Source of the DNA: Klebsormidium nitens
Lineage: Eukaryota; Plantae; Klebsormidiophyceae
DNA: 64,000 nucleotides
Assembly (NCBI GenBank): GCA_000708835.1
Contig: DF237428.1
Coordinates: 7,755-71,754 of the forward strand
Reading direction: 5' to 3'
Below the pieces are notes generated by a model, which made no database searches, had not been told where the DNA came from, and was given only the letters and a program-made list of their open reading frames with translations. The translations under genes were made by a program, and so were the position numbers. Position 1 is the first letter of the stretch; the number at the start of each line of letters is the position of its first letter. Shown piece by piece: positions 12,301 to 24,406 of this stretch.

Positions 12301-15300
12301 CCTTCCGTTCTGGGCGCGGTCGGGAATGGCTTCCTGCCTCTCTACCGGGTAACAGGATTCGAATACCAAACATCTGGGTCACTAGACACCCCACTTTCCC
12401 ACAAACTGTATATTCTGTCCACCTCAGATCGCTTTCTGCCCGTCGGACCCCTCCCTTCTGAGCGCGGTCGGGAACGGCTTCCTACGGCTCTACCGGGTGA
12501 CAAAACCTTTCTCATCAACTGAACTTTTGAACCGTCAACCACAACATTTTCTAGTATACCAAGATTGTCAGACTGCATGCTTCTTCGTCCACCTCAGATT
12601 GCTTTTTGCCCCGCGGACCCTTCCCTCCTGAGCGCGGTCGGGGACGGCTTCCTGCGGCTCTACCGGGCCACAGAGGCAGCTTTGAAGCAGCTCCCGACCA
12701 GCCTTGGGAGACGAGAGCCGCAGCCGTACCCGTGCCACGCGTGGCTGGTGGACCTAGCGGAAAAGGCGGAGAAGGACCGCTGCGTGGTCGCGAGCGCGAG
12801 CGGGGAGGTGCTGCTCGTCGAAGGGGGGGAGGTGAGCATCGCATCTTCGCACTTTTGCAGACTCTCATCAGTTTTGGCTTCGGTTCTCCAGTCTTCGTAA
12901 GATTTGGCAGTGGGAAAATAGCATATAAAGAGGAGGACCGCTGCGTGGTGGCGAGCGCGAGCGGATAGGTGTTGCCCGTCGAGGGGGGAGGTAAAGGGTT
13001 GCTTTTATCTGTTGGGGGGAAAGGAGGGGGGTGGTGATTAGAAAAGGGATTTTGATCGCAAATCGGATGTCGTTGTTCAGTCGCACTCGTGCGCCGGCTG
13101 AACCGCTGAAACGCTCAGCCTCAACTTACGCTGATGTCACCCCGAGTCAGAATCTTGGAGTTGTCGCAAGAGCTGCGTGCTATTCGCTTTACACGTTCAA
13201 CCGCCAAGTTTCGACATTCTCAAATGAAGATTTCATATTTTTGTACCCCAGGTAAAAAGCGTGATTGCGCACGTGGGTTCCGAAGAAGGCGGCGGATTCT
13301 TCTCCGTGGCGGCGCATTCGAAGGGGTTCGTCTGCGGCGGGGAGGGGGGAACGCTGTCCATGTTCGAGAAAGAAGACAAGGACGTCTATAAGGTAAGCCA
13401 AAAGCCAAACCCCAAAGCCACAGCGAGTCAATGAATAACCATCCCAACACTGCTAATTTTTAGATGAAGGCCGCTTATAAATACTGTGCCACATCCTTTC
13501 TTCAACGCCCTGCCGCGCAGACCTTCTGGCAATTTGGATATAGATCAAGCCTTTTTTCCAAGGTGGCCATCGTGGCTGAGAGTGGGGCAGGAACAGCTCA
13601 GTCGTTTCGGATCCCGCGTGCTTGCTACAATAGACCATCTGTCATCCATAGTCTCACTCCTAAAGACACGAAAGACACGTGTTGGCCTGGCTCTGTGGAA
13701 CCATGCTTTTCACTTTACGAGCTCGGAATGAAATCCTCATTGTCATCTCAGCTTCTAACCCTCTGTTTTGCCGCCGACAAATTTTGCCTTCTCTTCCACA
13801 GCGCGTTCGGACGGTCCGCATCGAGAGCAACGCGTCCGCGGTCCGCAGCCTGGCGCTGAGCCCCAACGAGGAGACGCTGGTGTGCGCGCTGGAGAACAAC
13901 CAGATCTTCGTGCTCGCGCTCACTTCCACGGAGATGCTCAAGACGGAGGACATGAAGATCGACCTACTTTCGCAGGTGGGAGTGAAGGGTTTCATCGCTC
14001 TGTTAATGGTTCTTCATGCACTGAATCCTCTGACTTTTCTGTGATCTTTTGCGCTCGCCGGAGCATAGACAATCTTTTGTCCTCCCGCTCACGTCCGTGG
14101 AAATGCTCAAGACGGAGGACATGAAGATCGACCTCCTCTCGCAGGTGGGCGGAATCACAGTTTAGGTTTTCGAAGATTCATGATTTCTATCTGAAGAGTG
14201 TTGAAGGTTACTCAGTTGAGGATTTTGCTTCTGCCGCGGGCTCTCGTGCGGGAGTCAGGGATCCGTTGGCGGATCCGTGGATACCGTGAGATACCAACGC
14301 GTATGCGGAGGATTGCCGCCAAAGCTTTTTTCGCAGTTTCGGGCACAGTTTCTGAACGAAAGGTAAGCATTATATTCTGATCAGACGCAGCGCTTCCCTT
14401 CCAAGAGGCAGGTTCGATCATTTCCCACCCAACGAAACGCCTTTCCAAGACCCTTTATTCAAACCTATAAGACTATTTGATGGAGGGCCCCAAAGCCTGT
14501 CCCCTCAAATCTCTGTCTCCAATTCCTCCCACAGTCGTTCCACTCGGAGGGCATCACCGGGCTGGACGTGTGCGCGCGCAAGCCGCTCGCGGTCACGTGC
14601 AGCACGGACAAGAGCGTCCGCGTGTGGAACTACCTGGACCGGACGTCCGACATCGTCAAGTTCTTCCCGGAGCAGGCGCTCTCCGTCGCCATCCACCCCG
14701 CGGGTGAGCGCCAAACATTTCAAGGGCTGGAGGCGTCAGGTGTCTCGTTTTTGAAGGCTACCCAAATCTGCAAATTCGGAGGATTTGAAGGACTTTTTGA
14801 AGCAAGCGCTCTCCGTCGTCATCCACGATGCGAGTGAGGGCACGACGGACGTCCGAGTCGTTTGCGTTGCAGTTCTTAAAGATTTTTTACGACTTCGGAA
14901 CCTTGAAATCTCAGACTGGACTTGAAGAGGAGTCTGCCAACAAGACACAAAGTGGTTCAACTGTGGAGGAAGGTCCATGATGCGTCCACGAAAGTGCCTC
15001 CAGATTGCCTCGGTTCCGTAAAGGGCGTCTTCTGGCCCCCGACTCTCGTGTCTAAGAAGGGGTTTCGGGAGCGACCGCCTCAGCTTCTAGCGCGGCCTAA
15101 AGGTCTAAGAACCTCCGTAGCAATCTGACCTGTCAACTCAGGAATCCAGGGACCCGGGTCTGGTCACTTCCAAGACTACTTCTTTTAGACTCCCTGTCAT
15201 GACATATTGCTTCAATGGCGCTTGGAGCTTTCTGGAGTCTCTCAGTTCTCAATGTCAGACTCTCGCGTGCCGGGCACCCTGCAATCTACAGTTCTTTCCT

Positions 15301-18300
15301 TAGCCCCAGGTTTCCAGCTGCTGGCAAGCTTTGTGGACAAGCTGCCCCTGATCAATCTTCTAATGAACGACATTCGGCCGCCAAACGGAGCCCTGACTTT
15401 CTTTTTCAACTCGGTTCCAAACCAGTCCCTAATCCTCGGTTCGCAATGTCAGGTTTCCAGCTTCTGGGGGTTTGCCGACAAGCTGCGTTTCATGAACCTC
15501 CTGATGGACGACATCCCACCTTCCGTCGAATCTCAAACTGAGATGCGCAGCAATCCTCCTGACAAACTTCTTGACTAGAATCGTAACACGTTCTCCTTAA
15601 CCCCAGGTTTCCAGCTGCTCGTTGGCTTCGCCGACAAGCTGCGCCTGATGAACCTCCTCATGGACGACATCCGGCCGTTCAAGGAGATCAACATCAAGGC
15701 CTGCCGCGAGGTCTGCTTCAGCCACGGGGGACACCTCTTCGCGGCAGTCCACTCCAACACGGTCCAGATCTACTCAACTTATACGTGCGAGAACGTCGGA
15801 AACTTGAGGGGCCACAACGGAAAGGTAAACCGCAGAGGATTTTCTTAGTAATGCGATCTGTTTATTTATGATTTGGAGGCTTGCTCGAAGTCTGCTTCAG
15901 TCACGGGGGACACCTCTTCGCGGCTGTCCACTCAAACACGGTCCAAATCTACTCCACATACACATGCGAGGATGTGGGAAACTTGAGGGGGCACAACGGA
16001 AAGGTGGGTGGATGCAATTCGAATTGATTGGTTTATAAAGTCCGTATTGAGGATTCAAAAGCTTTCAGAAATGACACTGCGATCGGTGCGGTCGACGGCT
16101 AGCCACGCCCACTTAAAACGTTTACCAGCCATTCAATAGTTTATAAAGAGCAGAATGCGCCGTGTCTGACAATAAAAGAAATGATTCGCTCTCCAAATGA
16201 ACGTCTCATACTGTGAATCTCAGCAAAATCGACTCAAAAGAAGATAAGAAATTGGTAAGAGAAAGGGGGACGCAGAGGCACACATTCTTTTGAGAAGGTG
16301 CGGCCAGCGCTTAGGAAACTTTTAAAAGGTGCGGCTAGGAATACCACGAGTCGTAAAATTTCAGAATCCAGTTGAACCTCTAAACCCGTACTTTTGCGCG
16401 CGCAGTGCGCAGCATCTGGTGGTCGCCCGACGACGCGATGGCGGCAGATTCTGAGCGACCGAAAAGAGCATCTACTTGAATGCTCAGCCCTAACCCCCAG
16501 AAGTGCGCGCGCGCAGGTGCGCAGCATCTGGTGGTCGCCCGACGACGCGATGGTAGTGACGGCCGGCATGGACGGCGCGGTGTACGAGTGGCAGCTGCGC
16601 GACTTTAAGCGCGAGCGCGAGAATGTGAATAAGGGCTGCGGCTACTCGTGCGTGGTCGGGGCCACCGACAGCAACTCGATCTTCGCGGTGGGGAGTGACC
16701 GGAAGCTGAAAGAACTGGACGACTCGCAGGTTATCAAGGTGGGTTTTCGAAGCCCACTTGTGTTGAAAATTGGGTTTCAAAGAATTATAATACTGAGGAG
16801 GATGTGGATAAGGGTTGCGGTGATGTGCCTTGATCAGAGACAACCGACAGGAGCTCTAGTTCGCGGTGGGGAGCGACTGGAAGCTGAAAGAACTCGACGA
16901 CTCGCAGGTTATCAAGGTGGGTGTTACGTTCACTTGGTGTTACCTTCTGACTTTCTAGTTCCTAAGAAGCAGTAGGAAACGGCTGCGGCTACTAATTGGT
17001 TTTGGAGACACGGATAGCTAGTCGATATATGCGGTGGGGAAGTGATGGGAAGCTGAAAGAACTGGACGACTCACAAGTTATCAAGGTAGGTGGTATGGTT
17101 TCAGGGCGCTAACATTTGGTGACTGGACATTTGAGCTTTAAAAGGAAACGACAAAGGGCTGCGGCTGCGCGTCTTGATTGGAGCCGCCGATAGCCGGTCC
17201 ATCTCTGCTGGTGCAGCGACCGGGAGCTGCTGAAAGAGCCTGATCATGACGTCTCGACTTGCCATCAAGGTTGCAATCGGCATAGTGGTACTTGAAATGC
17301 CAGAATTCTTACCGTTGAGGCGCTTTCTCTTTCTGATTGATTGGATGCCAACAACAGCAGCGGCTAGCTGCGCAAGAGAATCTTATTAGACCCGGAGGCT
17401 GCTTTAGCGCCACTTTCTTCGTTTTATGATCCCAACCGCGCTTGCTCTGAATTCGAGACGCAACTACACCTCTCGTGAGAAGAACCTACACCTTCCCCAT
17501 ATAAAGCGTTAAAGTTTGGTACTGATCGCCTGCGCTGAGCCAACTCTCCTTTGCAGGAGTTCGACGGCGGCGGAATCATTACGCAGATCGTCCTGCCGTC
17601 GTTCGGACGCTTACTGTTTGCGGCGATGGACACCGGTGCCGTCCGAGCGTACAAGTACCCCCTCACAGGTGGGTCAGAAACTGAACGGGTAAATTTAACC
17701 CATGGAGCTTTCAGCTGTGCGGAAGCAGATTCCGACTTTGACAAATGGTTCCAACATGAAATGCTCGACCTATCAAGCAGCTGAACGTATACGAAACATG
17801 GGGCGTACATTCTCCTTATGCCAGGACGATCCCGCGCCCCTTTTCTTCAGACTCTGTCACAGATTCCCAACGAAGATTTATTTGTCTCTAGGTGTAGAGC
17901 ATTCAACCCGCCATTCGATGTGCCGAGTCTCTTGGCGGCCGCAAAAGCATACGTCCGTCAAACAAAAGCATACGTCCGTCAATCCTTTCGCTTAATTGCC
18001 CAGTCCTGAAACCTGGTAAACCCCGCAGGCGAGTACTCGGAAATCCAATGCTGCGCGGGCGCGGTCGCGCGGCTGCGCGTGTCCGTGGACGACTCCATTC
18101 TGATGGGCGTCGGCGAGGACGGCGCCTTTTTCTTGCTGGACGTCAAGGACCGCGAGCGCGCGGTCGCGATCGGGTCGGGCGGGCGGCGCGAGCGCGAGGC
18201 GCTCCCCTGGGCGGAGGAGGTGCTCGTCACCAAGAGCGACCTCGAGGAGAAGCGCGCCAAGATGGCGGAGCTTGAGGCGCAGGTGCGCGCGCGCGCTCTT

Positions 18301-21300
18301 CGAGTTTTTCGTGCGGCTTGTTTCCAGTCCTTTTCCCCTGATTGTTTGCTGGAGATGCGCGCAAAATGCAGGAAGGTGCGCACGCGCGCTCTTTCAAATT
18401 AGCTTTATCAGCGCGGCCAGCCTTTGTCCGGCCTGATGATTTGCAGGAGAAGCCCGTGGAAATGGCGGAGCTTGAGGCGCGGGTGCGCGCGCGCCCGCGG
18501 GAAATTACAACGTTTTTGTCTTTTTCTGTGCGGTCTTGCCGTCAACTGGAACTCGACGATCCTTCTTTGTGCAGGTTCAAGCGCTGACGTTGCAGAACGA
18601 GTACCAGCTGCGGCTGAAGGACCTCAACCTGAACGAGCGCCTGAAGGAGCTGACGAAAAAGTACACGTCGGAGGCGGAGGAGGCGCGCGCGCGCCACGTG
18701 CTGCTCGCGCAGGAGAAGACGGAGATGGAGGCGGAGTACGAGGAGAAACTGCGCGCGTTCGAGGAGCGCGCCGCGCAGCAGGCGGCCGCGGTCGAAAACC
18801 AGTACCAGCAGAAGCTGATGGGCGAGGTGGAGCGATACCAGCAGCTCGCGCAGGTGCGGGGTTTTGAGGGTTTGAGGTATTTAAGAAGTTGGTTTTGGAC
18901 CAGTAAATGGTTAAAGCTTCTGTACGGTCTGGTCGAGAGGGAAGCTGGCGGATGACAGGAAAGGCTCGCACGAAGCTCCGAAAACTGACGGAACAGAACA
19001 AAGTTCGGAGAAAGGTTGTCGCGCATGTCGGTTTTGTTGATTTCGTGGGAGGAGGAAGGTTTTCTCGACGAGTGATGAAAACAAGACCGCTGTGTGAACG
19101 GATACGACATTTGACCAGTTCACATTGCTTCTAACCACTTTCAAACACTCAGTACCGCTCATTTTCATTTTCCAAGCCATCTTCACAAAGTTCCATTGCA
19201 TCCTCGTTATCCCCATTCCGTTGTTCCGCCTTTTTGCAGGAAAAAGAGCTGGTAAACGAGCGGTGGGAACAGCAGAATGTGCTGCTGGCGGACAGTCACG
19301 AGCGCGTCATCGCGGAGCTTTCGAACACCTTTAATCATATACCTTTAACACGCTTTCCGCCGTTCCACCGCTCCGCAGGAGAAAGAGCTGGTGAACGAGC
19401 GGTGGGAGCAGCAGAACGGGCTGCTAGCGGACAGCCACGAGCGCGTAATCGCAGAAGTAACGGAAGAGTACGAGGCGAAGCTGGGCGAGGAGCGGCTCCA
19501 AGCGGAAAAGCTGGCGGCGGAGCGCGACGCGGCCGCGAAGGAGTACGAGGAGACGAAGCGCCAGATGGAGGAGGACGCGGACCGCGAGATCGAGGTGCTC
19601 AAGGAGAGGTGAGAGCGCGCGCGCGCGGTGCGGGGTTTCAGAGTTTGGGGTTTTGGGGTTTGAGCAAAGTTGCGAAACGGTGTGCTGTCTGGTTGACGGA
19701 AGCTCCTAAGTGAAGGGCCGCCAGCATGCGGACGCAGAGCGCAAGATCATCCTGCACAAGGTGTTGAGCGCGCGCGCGCGCGTGCCTCCGATGTTGTAGA
19801 AGCCCGGTGAACCCTTTGTTTCGTCAAAAGAGTCTTTTGAAGGCTTATTCTGGCTCTGCGCGTCATCTGAAATCAGAAGCTCGCCAACGTGGTTCGGCCA
19901 GGTTAGGGCAGGGATGTCAAGGAATGGAAAGCCCGAGATTACCCGAACGTGTATTCGTACGCGGGTTCGTGCTCGGAAGCTTTCACCTTCATATTGGCGT
20001 AGGCCACGCATGTCCAGGCGGAATCGCACGGGCAAGGCTTTCATGGAATTGCAGTCAAAATCAATGTGATCGAAGCAATCTAAACATTAAACAGCATTTA
20101 CAGGTGACGTCCGTTAGATCTCAATGCCCTTTTAAAGAAATAGACCACTTACTCAACAGATTTTGTTTTCGTATATGATATTGATCCTCGAATCACCCAT
20201 TCTCGCAGGTATGAGCAGAAGCTGACGCAGGAGCGAGAGGTCGGTCTGCGGCTGAAGGGCGAGAACGGGATCCTGAAGAAGAAAGCGCTGGCGTTCCAGA
20301 AAGATCTCGAGGACCAGAAGGAAGAGATACGGGAGCTCTTTGAGAAGAAAAAGGATCTTTACCAGACCATTGCCAGTCTGGAGAAGGATATTGCGAGTTT
20401 GAAGAAAGAGATTAAGGAACGGGACGAGACGATCGGGGACAAGGAGAAGCGGATATACGACCTCAAGAAGAAGAACCAGGTGAGAATGAGGGGTTTTGGA
20501 GATGTTCTGGGAGTTTCAAGTTTCCCAGCCTTTGTTGGACGCAGCTTCATGGACTGCAATACGTGCTCGACGGTCTCCCGCAGCATCCTGGCAATAACAT
20601 GGGTTGCCTCGTTGCGCCAGCGAATATCAACGACTCACGTTGAAGATGAGTAGCAAGTCTCCAAAGTGAGCTTCGGTCCTCATTGTTGAGGAGCTTGTAG
20701 AGTAAGTTTCCTTGAAGATATCGAATCAAGGCTGAAGATGATAACCGCACTTGATACTTGCTTAACCTCTACTTACCTTCTTTTTCCCCAGGAGCTCGAA
20801 AAATTCAAGTTCGTGCTGGACTACAAGATCAAGGAGCTCAAGAAACAGATCGACCCGCGGGAGCAGGAGATCCAGGACATGAAGGACCAGGTCAGGCGCT
20901 TAACCCCTTTTTCTTAGCCTGCATAACCGGAGTTATTCCTACAGTGAAAACACGGCTTCACTCTTTGTCGAATTCAAAAGATCCCCTGGAAGAACATTTT
21001 TCTGCTCGGACTCAACGCCTTCCGATTAAGAGCGGATACGACAACGATTGAACACCTTTTTCTGACAGCTTGGTCGTGGATAAAAGGACGAAGGTTTCGG
21101 TCCTCTTTGAAGGTTAGCTCTGGGGCAAACAAATCTCTTGGAAACCTGGTTGCTTCACGAAGTAACTTTGAAGCCACGCCCTCGAAAGCATCTTCGGGTG
21201 TCCTGTTTGCCAAACTGTCAGCCGGACTTTCCGCTTCGGCTAGTCTGATCAAAGGCTTTGTCCGAGTAACTGACTCCGAACCTGTCCCTTCTCCTATCTC

Positions 21301-23759
21301 TAAATATCGGGATTAATAACTCGCATCACTTTGGAATCCTCAAGTGACAACCCTCGCTGCTTAACCCCGCAGGTTAAGGACATGGACGGTGAGCTGGAGA
21401 AGTACCACAAGCAGAACGGCGCGCTCGATCTAGTTGTCGGCGAGCTGAAGCTCAAGATCGACGGCCTGCAAAAGGAGGTCGCGGGCGCGCGGCAAGCGCT
21501 CGCGGATGCGCGCGCGCTCGTGCAGCGGTTCCACCACGACCTCTCCGAGGTGGCGCATCACATACAGGTGCGCAAAGAAAGAGCTCTCAAATGCCCTCGC
21601 GTAAATAAGGTTAGTGTCTTGGGATAAGCAGGACAGGAAACTGCACCCCGGGTGTGGACCACATACTTCATCGCTAGAAACAATAGATTCTTTTGGAGCT
21701 AGTTCTAAAAAATAGTGAGTAGAGCATGGCTCTTTCAATGTTTCGAAGAGCAAAGCTTGGCTATGGCAACGAAGGGCAACAACTCCTTTAAAAGAGAAAC
21801 TTGGGCAACGCCGCGTAACGACCCACGTCGAACCTTCAGCACATTCCCCGCTCAAAGCGTTTTTCGTGGCGTCGTCCGGTCATTTTCAAGTCCATTATAA
21901 GTTCGTCAAAGCCTTTGGATTCGCGGCCGCCACATCATGTCGCGCCAGACCAGAAAAGTGGAGATCTGTTCTCAACTCCGCGCCCCGCGGCCGCGCAGGA
22001 CCCGAAGGCGCTGAAGGAGGCGGTGAAGCTGCTGTACCAGAAGCACGTGACGGAGGCCATCAAGCCGGTCGAGCTGGACGCGGACATCCTGCTGGAGTAC
22101 GGCCGCCAGCGGGAGTACCTCGAGAGAACGGTGCGCGCGCGCGCGCGCTATTGCTCCCCTCCTTGGCTCTTCAGATCGTACGCCGCTTTCTGGGGGCCTC
22201 TAACGAATGACGGATGCGCCACTTTATCGCTCGTGCCGGTTTTGTCGCCGGGAAGCTCTGTTGTTGCGTTTTCTTGATAAGAGACGCTGTATGCGAGATC
22301 GCCATCAGAATTCATGGATGGGTCACCAAACACAAAGTAATCTCCGATGCCCAAATGCACCACTGCCAAAAGCTAGCAAAGCCCTCCATTGCTTTTCGTA
22401 AGCGACGCAAACCCAACATAGCATTTTGAAGCCTCAGTGGCCCTTCACATACTCTGACGGGTATTGGTATAAGAGCTTTCAAAATTTTCTCAAAACAATG
22501 GTCGATTCTCAGGTGGAGGGCCTGAAGAAGAAGCTGACGAAGGACAGCGAGATGCACAAGGTGGAGAACGGGCGCATCATGATGGAGAACGTGAGCCTCA
22601 TCAAGGAGATCAACGAGCTGCGCCGCGAATGCAAGATCCTCAAGGTGAGCCGTACGCGATGCGCGGGCCGCATACGAGATGCTTGCTCCTCGAACAAATA
22701 TCATAACCCAGTGGGCGGTGGCAAGATTGTCGGCAAAAGGAAAAAGATTCGTGGCGAGACTGATTTGGATCAGGCTTCCTTTCAGATCAGGCTTTCTTTC
22801 ATAGTTTCCACATGTAACTGATCCAGAGAGACAGCGTCAAAACTAAGTCCCTGCTTCCGCCCAAAAGCAACGTTCATCTTTTGATCCTCTGTGCCGCGCT
22901 CTTATTACTAACCACCCAAAATCTCGGCTAAACCCTTTGCCTTAACGCGTTTGCCCAGGCCGCGGCGCGCACCAAGCGCGACTCCAAGGAGAACGAGCTG
23001 GAGACCTCCCCGAGCTCCCAATCGCTCGCGAGCGGCGCGAGCGCGGCCGCCCGAAAGAGCGGGCTGCTGTCGCCCAGCATGAAGAACGACCTTCTAGTGC
23101 GCGAGGTCGAGGCGCTGCGCGTGGAGGTCACGCAGCTGCGCGAGCAGCTCGCGGAGCGGCAGGCGCGCGTGGAGGAGCTGCAGCGGGCACAGGTGCGCGA
23201 GCGCATCTGCGTGGCCGCACTCCCTCTAATCTGGGCATAAATTGTCGATATATCGGTGTCTAGCAAAACCTCAAACAATTTGCTGCCTTTTGAAAGATTC
23301 GCTCGGTTGCCAATTGTAGTCATCTAGACCTTTGAGTGAGGTTTCTTCCATTTCTAGAGTCGATATGCAAGCTAGATAGTCTGCACTCTCTAATTGAACT
23401 TAGACCGACCAGCTCCTGTATACGCATCGGGTCGCTACATTTTTCCACTTTCTTATCTTGTTCACCACTCTCAATCTCAGAATGATCATCCTCTTCAAAA
23501 GCCCTTGCCTGACAGGCCCCTGATCAATGACGTCATCGTACACTGACCCGCTTCTTGCCACGTGTCTGTTCCGCAGGCGATCAACGAGTCGGTGCAGCGG
23601 CGGCCCAAGTCGCGGGAGCTCCTACCGCCCATGGACGGCTTCAATACCGTTCCGGTTCCGCTCTCCTCGCAGCCAGCGGAGCGGCCGCCTTCAATCCCAC
23701 TCCCACCGAAACCCCCGACACCCAAAGTTTCGGAGATTGTGAGCTCAGAGCAGCAATAA
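9376..23759 (+). CDS. CFAP57: Cilia- and flagella-associated protein 57 (WDR65/FAP57): WD40 N-terminal half, coiled-coil C-terminal half; 19 exons, about 1296 aa
   Basis: Exons: 9376-9804, 10951-11685 (spans the gap; 183 nt if the 33-nt overlap is collapsed), 12598-12831, 13252-13392, 13802-13975, 14535-14703, 15607-15824, 16517-16738, 17557-17668, 18029-18282, 18575-18853, 19379-19608, 20209-20479, 20792-20890, 21373-21567, 21999-22130, 22513-22644, 22959-23192, 23577-23759. Phases are consistent (3891 nt). Recognised motifs: [117 protein letters not shown]. Confidence 0.95.
10441..19790 (+). repeat. Dispersed set of intronic exon-edge duplicates in CFAP57 (about 18 copies)
   Basis: Approximate positions by exon copied. 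Exon 2: 10441-10490, 10594-10675, 10765-10860. Exon 3: 12118-12190, 12270-12355, 12420-12500, 12928-12995. Exon 5: 14088-14150. Exon 6: 14800-14840. Exon 7: 15301-15390, 15446-15530, 15890-16009. Exon 8: 16394-16445, 16860-16925, 16978-17092, 17152-17275. Exon 10: 18443-18497. Exon 12: 19225-19320, 19720-19790. Confidence 0.92.
11045..11563. other. Assembly gap (519 N) inside CFAP57 exon 2
   Basis: Run of N. The flanks 11012-11044 and 11564-11596 are the same 33-mer. Confidence 0.99.
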
Positions 23760-24406
23760 GCTGTGGTCGTACCAAGATACAGCATAAGCGATGGGCCACT
23801 GGTTAGGCTTTGTGAGTCAAACTTTTGGTCCTTGACTGTGGGCGGCTCATTCTCAAACCCTCAGATTCCACATTGAGATTCACGACGTACGTTGGTAGCC
23901 CGTCGATGCGGTTCTGTGGAGCCGGCCGACTTCTCTTGTTTACCACAGGTATATGTGAAGAGGCGGTGTATGTGGAGTCTCAGTGACATTTAAAAGATAG
24001 GGTTCTCTTGTGCAGGTAAATGATGGGTGACGTAGCCACACGACAAGATAACGGTCATCCGTTATCGCAGGATCTATCATTGATTCTGGTATACACATGA
24101 CAAGCAGTGTTTTATCAACGTTGTATCTATATGAATCCTAATGGTGAAACGCAAGTGCCTCAATGCCATTGAACAGGTATTACTACTGAGATTGAAGTTG
24201 CATGTGGTTCGTGGCTTCCAGCCTGTCGAATTGCCACCAGATCCATCTATTCGAGTTAACTTCATGCGTGCTGGTGTCGATGAACACGATGGCTTTTATA
24301 TGCTGTTAACTAAACTTATAGTCTGACTTCTGTACTCGTATGTCTTGATAGCCAGGCATCTCTCCTACGCAACCTCAACGCACATACTCTGCATAATTCC
24401 GAAGGC

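Noticed and set aside
17940-17985. Short tandem duplication caaaagcatacgtccgtcaa x2
   Set aside because: Small intronic slippage repeat; any link to exon 9 is too weak to score.
10441-19790. Echo series as a CRISPR-like array or as mutually exclusive exon clusters (Dscam-type)
   Set aside because: There are no constant repeats with unique spacers. Each echo has only one splice site and only part of the exon; several have indels or stops, and those checked add out-of-frame lengths.
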